Source of the DNA: Balanoglossus misakiensis
Lineage: Eukaryota > Animalia > Hemichordata
Length of the DNA: 64,000 nt
Assembly (NCBI GenBank): GCA_040954595.2
Contig: CM082582.2
Coordinates: 10,779,483-10,843,482 of the forward strand
Direction of reading: 5' to 3'
The notes beneath the pieces were generated by a model, which was not told the origin of the DNA, did no database searches, and saw nothing but the letters and a program-made list of their open reading frames with translations. The translations under genes were made by a program, and so were the position numbers. Shown here piece by piece: positions 30,901 through 42,600 of this stretch; the stretch's first letter is position 1; each line of letters begins with the position of its first letter.

Positions 30901-33740
30901 ATTTGGTGATGTGCTCCAACGTTCATCCGATATCGAAAGCCATCGGGTACTGCGCTATGTTGCCGTGATCTCAATTCAACCAAAGAATGAATTGCGATAT
31001 CCAAGGAATCTCCCCGCCTGGCCTGGCCACGCGGAATTCTCTGAATGGAATGAAACGTAATTTTAAATCGCAGAAATCATTGGAAGATGCGCGTTATATT
31101 TCCGATTTTCCAACTCGTTCAATATCGTAGAAAATTACCCAAAAGGTATTTTACGTAGATATAATTAAATTATCAAATTTTGATTTAGTCTATTACGTAA
31201 CGCACAAGTTAATTCAAATTGCTTATATTTTTCCCCCAAAGCAACAATACGAATAACGATTTGAGGTTTGGTGGGTCCTTCATAAGTTATATGTTATGCG
31301 ACATAAAATGTTAACAAGTGTCATCGTGATGCAGAGCGGATAGGAACTATTTTTTCTCACGATCGATTCACTATACTGTCAAACTTAATTAATGAAAGTA
31401 AATTGCTAATTAATTTATTTATTTATTCGGCGTTAAACATGTGAAAGTAATTGGTGCAAATGTGCGATAATTGTGTAATGAGAAAGACACTGATTGCGTA
31501 AGACCTTAAGCGTTTCGACCTCTGTAACTATATATGCGCGGCACCATGATGGTTAATCCGGTTGTTTTTTCCTCTTTCTCTCTCTCGCGGTATTTTGCGT
31601 TATCATGATGCCTTCCACGCGGGCTGACCTTTTAGGTCAAGGTTCGTGCCTGTGGGTGGACATGTTGCTAGGGAAACCCCCAGAAGAAAACCATCTTGTG
31701 AGTCTCAACTGAGACGTGTTTTCAGTTACCAGAACCGAAAGTGAAATAATGTTCATCAAACGGATTTTTGTACGTTTGTGTGTTTAATAAATGAACAGTC
31801 GGACACCCGTGGGATTCGTTCCTCCTTGTCTCTGTTCAGTAGTCACGTCACTGTTTTAAGTGATTCACACGGGATTACACTGTAATTTTGCTGATAAACA
31901 ATATATGCTATGACACTCAGGCAGTTGATAATAATACGTGAATGAAGTTAACAATGCGGCCATAATTACGTGCCTTATTTTCATAATTTATTCCAGACCT
32001 GCTTTATTTCATGTGAATTTCATGTTCGTGCCCGTTTCAGTAACACAGGGTGTCTACGACTTTGCATTGTTTCGTGACGTTGTTGAATATTGTCATGTCG
32101 CATTGATTAATTTGCATTAGGCAACAGGTTGTCCGTGGATATCACAGCTTGCCTCAATTATAATTTACATGCTGAATAAGCGTGGGTTATTTAGAATCGG
32201 TAGATGGTGTTTCCGTTCAACAAAAGAAATCCGGAACTCCGAAATCGACATTAAGCAACATGGCAAATTGAGGGAATTACCTAAAGTTATACTGGATTCA
32301 AGAATTACGTCTTTTTTCTACTTTCTGTGAAGATACCCGAAAAATACACAGACATAGGAGGCCAAACAAACACAATACGCTCAAGCATGCAGAGATAGAT
32401 AGGCAGATATACCAGAGAGACAGAGACAGACAGACGGACGGACGAACTGAAAAACATCTCTTGTATTGTGAACATTTACAAGATGTAACGAGGCTTAGAA
32501 AGTAATGCACTTGTAGTATCCCAGGGGCATGAAGGAGATACGCTGCATCTGACCTCGGATGTGCGCAGGGGCTTCAAAAAGGGGAAATGCGCAGTATATC
32601 AGCCCATGTTCAGTAAACTGTGTCATAACCGCCAACATTGGCAATTGGAATTGGAATTGATGGTAGTAGCTGATAAATAATCGGTGATGCGACAGATCAT
32701 CACATATCCGACTAACACAAGGTCGGGGCATCTTCTATATGAAGAGTGTTGTCGTTTTTCACTGCCGTTCGGACGTTTGCGTCCACGGTTTGTCTGACCG
32801 CGTAGGCAGCTGCAAGGGTTGAAGGGGAGTGGCAAATAACGGAGTGACGCTACACAATGCTTCGCTGGTCCCACAAACAAACGCTTTGAAGTGGCTTAGA
32901 GCCATTAAACATTTCTGTGGGTTCAAAGTAAATTTACCTAACAAAAACACACACAGCGAGTTTTCATTGTCGAATGGGAATTACCCTCGAGAAGTCTTAG
33001 GCCATTTCGCACGGAGGAAGCATTTGCGCGGAAAGCCGCCCCCCAGGAATCGAAAGTATACGACGCAAGTTTTAAACATTCAATGCAGAATTCCATATTT
33101 CAGTATCACTTCTCAGTTAACCGAGTTATGATTTCGTTTTGCAAGCGCGGAATCGAGGGCACAATAATTAAACCATCGTGACCGGCGGTTGCCATCCCCT
33201 GAAGTGTATCATTGGACAACCCCGATGGTCCTTTGAAATTCCACCTTGGAAGAAAAGAGATTGAATTACGACTTATACAACTTAAAGAATTGAGGCCACT
33301 GGAATAAATTAATAAGATGTGTTCTGTCAAGGTGCCTAACCTTCACATGCACCGCCCCCTTTCCCCAAAGCTATATACTTGCTCGACTTTTTTTGAAAGT
33401 ACGCCTAAACGTTTTTCGGGGAGTCACTTTATTGTGGCTCCATCATATCACTTTTGTGTGTAAAGTTCGATGTCTGGGGGTTTGCATAGGGGGAATTTCA
33501 CTAACTGGGCGTGGGATGCACATCATGTATAATTCAGTGTTGCAACATCCCTTGCCATCTAAGGCAAGGGCGTTTAGTTGACGTCACGGCAGCCTTCCCA
33601 GAGTGCATTTACTGCTCGTAATCATTCCACTTTCCACTGCCCTGGCGTCGACGTGAAAAAAGGCGTATCGTGTGCGGATATCTACATTTCCACTGTCGGT
33701 TTTGTTTTCGACTGTCGCTGCTTCCAACACCACCACCAAC

Positions 33741-34073
33741 ATGCCTAACGAATTCCAGAATGGTCTCTGTAGCTGCTTCAACAACCTCGGCCTGTGCGTG
33801 GTCACCTACTTCGCGCCGTGCTGGACCCAGGGGAAAGTCGGAGAGGCCGTCGGGGACGACTGTTTGTTGTGCGGACTCTCGGTGTTCGTACCGCTGCTTG
33901 ATCTGTGGGCCCGTGCGTCTGTGCGCGGCAAGGTGAGAGAGCAGAAGGGGATAGAGGGAAGCTTCATCGGAGATCTCTGCGTGGGATGCTTTTGTTTCTT
34001 CTGCACACTGATGCAGGAGGCGCAGGAAATGAACGTCCCCTCTCCGTTCGGCTCGTCTATGGTGCGCTCTTAA
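33741..34073 (+). CDS. PLAC8/cornifelin (plant cadmium resistance-like, DUF614) family cysteine-rich protein, 110 aa, intronless CDS
   Basis: MPNEFQNGLCSCFNNLGLCVVTYFAPCWTQGK...RGKVREQKGIEGSFIGDLCVGCFCFFCTLMQEAQEM matches the family pattern (GLCxCF..C....PC; R...I.GS..GD....CC..C.L.QE..E). Good start context aacATG. Confidence 0.9.
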   Translation: MPNEFQNGLCSCFNNLGLCVVTYFAPCWTQGKVGEAVGDDCLLCGLSVFVPLLDLWARASVRGKVREQKGIEGSFIGDLCVGCFCFFCTLMQEAQEMNVPSPFGSSMVRS

Positions 34074-36698
34074 AGAAGAAGAAAAACTAGGGTGCGGTCA
34101 ACGCTCCGCGTCTCAAACGCGAGCTGTACACTTCTCAAGTTACACGCTTGTTTTCAAATGGTTAACATACCGGAGAATATCCGTGTCATATTATCACTGG
34201 CTCTTTTCTTGTGGATGGACTTTCCCCCTTTCTTTTGGTAACGGAACATTGAATTGAACTTCGCCCAACTAGCATTTCATGGCTGAACATCCGACGCTGG
34301 AATCCACGTTCAATGGACCCTGGTGATGCGGCGGAGGAGGTCAACCTTGACGAAGCCTCGTGCTCCCGATCCTACTCCTGTAATGCCGACACTTCTGGAT
34401 CGACTTCGGTATTATACAAGCACCGAAAGACTATTCATTTCAATGACAACTCTCAGATCACGTAATATTATAGTTAAAATCACCCTTAAGTCGAATATTC
34501 ACTTACAATATGTTAGTATTTTAATCACAATGAGCTTTCAGATACTGGTATTTTTTAGTGTAGTGTAAACCCATTTCGGCCTGCGAAACATGTGAATTAA
34601 GATAGTTAAAACAATTGTCTTTCGCCCATCTGCATTGTAAAGTGTGCTTTTAACTGGTCTCCCTCAATTTTATACATTTGGGACGGACCATTCCCAAATT
34701 GCGCCAGCCACTCTAACATGGAAACAGCCATATATACTATGGGACGCGAACAACACTGCCTGCGACGTCATCTATGAACTCAATTTTCAGCCAATCAGCG
34801 CGCCCGGTTTCCTTGCAACGTGTGCCACAATTCGACCTTTGTGGCGTTAAAATCCACGGAGAGTAACACGTGCTTCTGAAATTTGTTTTCATACAATTTA
34901 TGTAGTGTAGAATTTTTTAAACATTTTTTTTTAATTATTACTAAGTGAACAAAAGAATGACTTAGCGATTCAGTATCCCGTTTTAATCCAGAATTTAAAA
35001 TAGACGAGTCTTCAAAACATATCAGAAATCTTGGAAGCCAGTCTTCAAAATCTAAACCACATCGCATGTCTTCCCAGATTAGAAGTGCTTGCAAGTTTCT
35101 GCCATCTTTACATAATTCATTTTTCATTTTCATGAACATAAAAAATTAATGCACATGTCATGTGATTTTTTAAAAGAACTGAAATAAATTTGACGGGCCT
35201 CCGTCACTCAATTGTCAACTATGTGTTGTTGCGTTTTAACATCAATCAACCAATTCCGCAGTTCTTAGTTTTGACCCTTTGGATTGTGTGACCATGCATG
35301 CGGGCGTCTGGGTCACAGGCAAAGACATTTTGTGTATGGACTGTGATTTAGTGGAGAGAGACAAAAGATTGAAAAGTCAACCTTTCTATGTTGCGAACAA
35401 CGGCAGCCGTGATCAGTTTTCATCGCACAAAGCCTCTCAGCATGGACAAAGCGAACATTACGCAACTATGATGGCTTTCCAGCCGAAGGGAACACTCATT
35501 TCCGTTGAGAGTGGCATTGGTTTGTACAGGTTTCAAGGTTAAATGGTTCTTGTTTGTGTCAGTCATGGAGCTGGAAGAGTCAAGAGCACACCAGCCTGGG
35601 AACATGCTTTTGAAATCGAAGACCATGTCTGTTAAAAGAACCGTTTGTGTACGCCCACGCATGGCAAACATTTTAAGACGTTTTTGAAAGCTCGGATAAT
35701 ACCTTTCAAAATGTCTTTTCGCACACACATGCAGACACACTGCACCATGGAGGTACCGCCCTGTACGGGCAGACAGACAGACAGACATGATGCATGAGGC
35801 CAGAAACCCAGGGGAGTGTGAGAATTTGTATGTAACACGTTTGAGGGCGGCCTCGCCCGACGAATCTTTCAGTGTATCGCAGCTTCTGGTTCCTGCAAAG
35901 TGTTTTACTTGAATCCGAAGACGCCCGGACTAGATTTTCATGGCTTCTCAGTCGCTTTAAGCAAGGTCACTGCACACACCGACCGTGTGTGGAGTGATCG
36001 TGCTCTAACCATGGATGTACATCACTCCTATACAGTAAATTCTCCCCTTAACAAGTCCCTCTTTTTAAGTTTTGATGAGTTCTCTTGGATTTCAGATTGT
36101 GGAAATCGCTTTTCGTAAAAATATAATTCCCCTCCAGCCCACCATAACAAAGCATTCCATGATAAACCCACAGTTTTTCACATTTTACAAATGCCAATTC
36201 TTTATTGATATCTAAGTGTCCGCACTTTGCAAGGAACTTCAAGGAGCTCGAAACGGGCTCTGCAAAGTAGCAGTGACTTCACATATTGCAAAGGAAAGGA
36301 ATGTCACTATGAGTAAGTGGGGGCGCTTTTCACAAATTTTCTACACACGTCAATTCAGAGTTTCTAGTCTAATCTAGATTTAAAGATGATGGCAAACATT
36401 GTTGGACAAACTTCAAATTTATCAGCCTGAAGTCAAATTCATTGACGTTAATTTACTGTTTTCTGTAGAACAAAAATCTCTGTACATTTTATACAATAAT
36501 GTAAATTTAATACAATACATATTTCTTTTTAAATAAAAGTGTGCCATTATTTTACCGGGCAGTTGCATGGAGACAAATATTGTCCAAGAAGTTTTCACTT
36601 GAGATAAGAAAAGTACTGTCTTCATTATTTTATCAAATTGCACACACAAGATTCATTTTTGGATAAACTTTGGCAGTGTTGGTATTTATTTGGACAGA

Positions 36699-39600
36699 TT
36701 ATTTTCCCTCTTCCATTTTGTCGTTACTTTCAGATCCATTTTCGAGATTTTTCGTCGCGTTCTTAGTCCTGTCCTTGGGGTGGGCCAGTCTGACATGTTT
36801 CTGGAGGTCTGAGATGTGCGTGAAATCCTCCTCACACATACTGCAGCCGAAGGTGACGGGTGCGTTGGAGTGCGTCCGCATGTGGTCCTTGACGTGGCAC
36901 TTGCGAGAGAACATCTTGCCGCAGTGCGGACACATGAAGGGTTTGAGGCCGCTGTGAGCCTTCAAGTGGACCTTGCGGTTCTCCTTGCGGGCGAAGCGCT
37001 TGTCGCACAGCGGGCACTGGTAGGGTTTCTCCCCGCTGTGCGAGCGCATGTGGATGGTCAGGTTTCTGGCCAGGGCGAAGACTTTGCTGCAGATGGCGCA
37101 GGGGTACTTCTTGCCCTGAGTGTGGATGCGCATGTGTCCCTGCAGGTTGCTCATGCAAGGGAACACCTTCCCGCACTGAGCGCACCGGTACGTCTTCTTC
37201 TTGATCCCCAGCTCCGACTCCGAGTGCGTCCGGAAGTAGTGCTGCTGCATGTCGACGGTCGTCGAGAACACCTCGGGACACAGAGAACACTTGAACGTTT
37301 TGTCCTTGGCGGCGTGTATTTTCATGTGGTTCTGCAGGTTGGTGTTCGACGAGAACGTCCTCGCGCATTCCGGACACTGGAACTCGGTGGCCAGCTGCGG
37401 CGACGTGGCAGACGGCTGAATGGCTAGAGGGAGAGTTGGAGAGGCCATGGGATCCATCATCCCGTGACTGAGGGCGTGATTCTGCAGCTCTGCCTCAAAG
37501 AAGAAAGTCTGCGGACACATGTTGCACATGAACTGTCTGGCGTCCATGCCGTGCTCAATAGCGTGGCTCTGGATGTCGGCCGCACAGCTGAACATCGCCT
37601 CGCACTGGTGGCAGGAGTACTGTTTGTCCGGGTAGTTGTGCTCTATGAGGTGACACTGCAGCTTGGCTGGGGAGTCGTATATCTGCTGGCAGAGCTTGCA
37701 CTCGTGGTGGACCCCCTCTTCGATCATGTGCGTCGTCACGTGGATCTGGATCTCCTTCTCCGTCGCGAACGTCTTCTGACACTTGATGCACTGGTAGGTC
37801 TTGTCCTGCATGTGCGACAGCATGTGGCCGTCAAGCTCAGCCTGCGACTCAAACTTGATCTTGCACCGCGGACAGCGGAAGATGGGGTTCAGGTTGGTGG
37901 ACTCCACTTTGTTCTGGCAGTTCTGGCAGCAGTAGCTGGGCTTGCCCCCGGCGTCCAGGACCACGGTCAAGTTGTGGGTGGAGTCGAAGTTGGTCTGGCA
38001 ATTGAAACACTGGTACATCTTGATGGCGTCTTGGGACTGCGTGTGGTAGCGCGCGTGTAGCTGCAAGGCGGCCATGCTGGTCAGCGACTGCAGGCACACC
38101 ACGCAGTCGATCGTGGTGGTCGGGTTGGCCTTCTCGTTGTTGTGTCGCTGGGCATGGCTGAGGAAGTCGGTCTCCGAGATGATCATGTCCTTGCAGATGC
38201 TGCAGAAGCTGGCGGTGCGCTTGGCGATCAAGAGTTTCTGCTGCTCCATTTCCAGAAGGTGAGCGCCGAGATGCGACTGCAAGTTGACGGAGGAAGTGAA
38301 CGTCTTCAAACACATGGGGCACTGGAACAGCGTGCCGCTGATCGGAACCGTGTCCTTGTTCAGGTTGCTGCCGATCTCTATGCCCTGGAGATGAGAACTG
38401 TGTTCCAAAATCTGGTGGTTTTCCAGCAAGATCTTCACGCCGAAGACGGCCCCGCACACGTCGCAGGGATATCCGCCGGCTGCTTTCTGTTGAGGCATGG
38501 CATTAGGAAAGCTGATATGCCTGACGTCTTGCGGAGTGTGTCGATCAACACTGCTGGACTCTGCCACGCTCCCTTCTCTGTCGCTTTTCACTGCCCCTGC
38601 ATCTGAGCGTGGGCTATCCCGATCTGACACGGGCTCTGTTTTGACCTTCACCACCAACACATCCTCTTCCTTTTTCACAGCCTCCGCTGTGCCACTGTGC
38701 TTGTTTGCCGCGTGTATGTCCAGCATCTGCTGGGTCGGGAAGGCGGCGTCGCACCGGTCACACTCAAACTGCTTCTTGTGGGTGGTCAGGTGACACTGAA
38801 ACTCGACCTCCGAGTGGAAGGCCATGTGGCAGAACAGGCAGCGGTACATGCGCGTGGAGTGGTGCAGGTGGTCCATCCGGATGTGAAGGTGAAGGTCGCT
38901 CTCCTTCCGGAAGACGACTCCGCATTTGGTGCACTTGAACTGCTTGTACTCGTTGCTGTGCTTGATGGCGAAATGAACTTGGATGGAGACCTTGGAGTCG
39001 AACACCTCCTTACACATGGAGCACTTGTAGAGGTGGTGGGCATGTATATCAAACAAGTGTTTCTGGAGTTCGTCCGGCTTCAGGAAGGACTTGGAACAGC
39101 TCTGGCAGCAGTACTCCACGTTGACCGCTACGAAGTGACTGACGATGTGTTTCTGCATCTCTTCTTCCGTGGCAAATTCCAGATTACAGTAGGTGCAGGA
39201 GTTGGGTCCGGTTAACGTGTTCTCCATGTGGGTTTTCAGGTGAGCCTGCAGCTGTTCCAGGTCTTTGAATGTCTGTTGGCAGTCTGGGCACTGGATGATC
39301 TCCTTGTTTTTTGCCACGGATGCTGACACTATATCGCTCTCCATCGTCTCACTGTTGCTATGCACGCTGGCCGACTCTCCGTCGGGTGTCGCCACGACGA
39401 TGTTGCCCTCTTTTCTGTGCTGCATCTCCACGTGGATCTGCAGTTCCTCGATGCTGTTGAAGAGGTTCTGTTCGACGCAGTAAGGGCACGGGTACTTCAT
39501 GGTGTCCAGCTTGCGATGCGTCTTCTCCACGTGCTCGTCCAGCATCTGCTGGGAGGTGTACACTTTCATGCAGCTGTCGCAGGAGTACATCGCAGCATGC

Positions 39601-42600
39601 AATCCGCTGTGCACGCTCTCCAGGTGCTCCTGCAGCGCCGCCTCGGAGGCGAATCCCATGGTGCACTGCTGGCAGTACCACTTGTCGGCCGCTGCCGTGA
39701 TCGCGTGGACGTTCCTCACGTGGACCTGCAGGACCGCCTCAGACTCGAATTCCATGGTGCAGTACCGGCAGGCAAAATGTCGCCCGCTCTCTTCACCGTG
39801 GACGGCCTTGATGTGTTCCTCTAGGCTGATCAGTGTCGGGTATTCTTCACTGCAATGCTGGCACCTGTGAGACTGCATTGGCTTGTCTGTATGCATGGTC
39901 TGCAGATGGATGTTCAGGACTGCCACGCTCGGAAACTCCTGCTTGGGGCAGTACGGGCACTTGTACTTCATCTTCTCCGAGTGACTGTGGGTGTTCATGT
40001 GCTCGTACAGAAAATCGACAGTCTGGAAGCACTCGGTGCAGATGGGGCACTTGTTCCTCTTGTCGTGGCCGTGGGCCTTCTCGATGTGATCCAGCAGCAA
40101 CTCTTTCCCGTGGAAGAGCTCGGCGCAGTAACTGCACTGCATGACTTTCTCCCTGGCCGCGTTCCCGTCGTGCGACATGATGTGAATCTGCAAGTCCTGC
40201 GACGAACTGAACGACACGCTGCACTGCAGACATTTGAACTCTTTGTCCTTATTGGCCGGCAGGGTCTTGTGGTGGCTGTGGGAGTGCGACGTGAGTCCCG
40301 CAGCCGTGGTGTAACCGCGGTTACAAACGATACACTGGAAGGGCTTGCTGGAGTTGTGAGTCTTGACGTGAATCTTGAGGTGATCGCTGCGTGCGAACGC
40401 AGCCTGGCAGTGGTGGCACTGGTACTTCTTGTCGCCGGTGTGCAGCTTCACGTGACGGTCGCGACTTCGCTTGTGCTTGAAGAGTCGGCTGCAGAAATTA
40501 CACTTCCAAGGCATCTGTTCACTGTGCACTTGCTCATGTTTCTTCAGGTATGTCAGCCTGGAGAATGATTTCTCGCAGAACTGACAAGCGTACGGCTGGA
40601 TGGCACCTGGACTTGTTTCAAACTGATCCGGTGAGGACAGGTCTATGCGATGACCCACCAGGAACGCCTGAGTACCATCCTGGCTGATTTGGTAAACCAT
40701 CTCTCCATCTGATCAAACAACAGAAAAAAGCAAACATTATTCTTCCTCACGGAATACCAGAAATGTTTTATGAAATCAGGCTGTTGTGTATCAGTGAACT
40801 ACACAGATGAGAACTGAATCATGCCAGTGGTCAAATGCCATTTTGTCCCCTTACATGCGTATCAGATTTTTTATTCAAAGCAATTCTCACTAGACTAAGA
40901 GCCCTACTACTAACCTTCTGCACAATCAGTATTTCTGTGGTCCATAAATTTTGTCAGACTTGTAAATGTTTCATTGCAGTTATCACATTTATAAATCTCT
41001 TCCTCATCATCATCTTCCTCATCTTCATCCTCCTCCATGACATCATCCTCATCCTCGTCATCAAGCTCATCGCTTAGTTCTGAGTCCAGCTCCGCATCAC
41101 TGCCCATCTTAATCACCATGGCGACGTCCTCCCCACATGCTCCATCAATGTGCTCGCTATTGTGGTGTGCTGTTTTGGAGAAGTGTGCGAGACAAAGAAC
41201 ATGAATGTAGACGATGCTTCCTTCCATTGTATTGTTAATCCCCACACAGCCACCATTTTGACCTACACGGCTTATTCAATGGCAGTGTTTGACTACTACA
41301 AAGCATAAGGGTAAAAGGGCAGAGTACATCGTCATCAAATTTGACCTGGCAGGTATAATGCTGTATGATAAAAGCTGCGTCAATGAGTTTACTCAATCAC
41401 AGTCAATCTGGAACAGGTCCCCAGTGACATGTCCTATACATTTTCCTAGTGTAAGGTACAGCATAGCTGGAGGACAGATTTTTCAGAGAAATGAGTGCCT
41501 TCAATTTTGTTTTTATCATTTTGAAAGCCCAAATGTTTTGAGCATATTCACTGCAATATGAAATCTGTGGTGATGTACATGTACATGTACTCATTTTTGC
41601 CATGAGTCATACACTCGACAGGAATGATGTAGTCTCTTTGGAACCCACGGCGAATCCATTCCTTGGAAGTTAAAATCATCTGAATCGTGACATGGGCAGT
41701 GTGTAGGAAACAGTGTCATGGGAATATTTCCACTTGGGACAGACAATGATGTATTCCTGCACACACACACACACGTCAACGATGATGGCAGATCCTCCTA
41801 CATTGCCTGAATGCAATTACCCATCATCCATCAACAAACAGACTTTATCGTCGTCCCTTGTGAGCTTTCGTTATGATTACCGGCTGGACTTACATGCTCG
41901 AAAGACAAATGACCAAACTATCAACTCTCTGTTCGCCACCAGCGAAATTTTCCCCAGGCCCCACCCATCATTTTTCTCTCTCCAAATGCACTGATAAAAA
42001 TAAGGGGTTTTGTCTTTGCCAAACAAGATCCTATCATAATTACAAAACTTTGGTGATCTGTAATATTATGGCGGAAACAGAAACTGTTAATGCTTCATAA
42101 AAATTTATAGAATTTATAGTTCCGATGGGATTTCATTAATTTTAATAATCATAATTATTCTGTATGTTAACGGAAAGTGTGTGTTCGCCAGCATTACAAT
42201 CATAAAGCAGGAAAAGTGACAACAAAACATATTCAATGATGGTTTTTGAACAGGCAATTTTACGAACCTGACCCCGAACTGCTTTCTCCATTGTTTTCCA
42301 CTGAGTCTGAGTGACTGGACTGGTTGGAGTGGCTGGGCGTGCGAGATCTTTGAGAGGCTGTGGAGACATCCACGCGGATGCTCTCGTCTCCGTTCCCTCG
42401 GTCGTTCTGCTCAAAAATCATGAATTCATCTTCCCCTAAGATGAGAAACAAAAGGAAAAATACTTTTTTGTTAAAATGATGAATATTATAAGGGAAAAAA
42501 ACTGCTTTCTTGCTATGGAAGTCTATGTATATTACCAATGCATATAGTGTATATATAGGTATGAAATGGGAATCACACTATGGATGTGCCAAACACCCAC

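Noticed and set aside
36816-40568. Multiple 100-240 aa antisense and alternate-frame ORFs over the ZNF423/521 large exon
   Set aside because: Shadow ORFs of a GC3-rich repetitive zinc-finger exon, with no independent start or splice signals.
41590-41665. Possible extra or poison exon in ZNF423/521 intron 2
   Set aside because: The acceptor is plausible but the donor is weak (GA|GTACAT), and exons 2 and 3 already join cleanly in phase.
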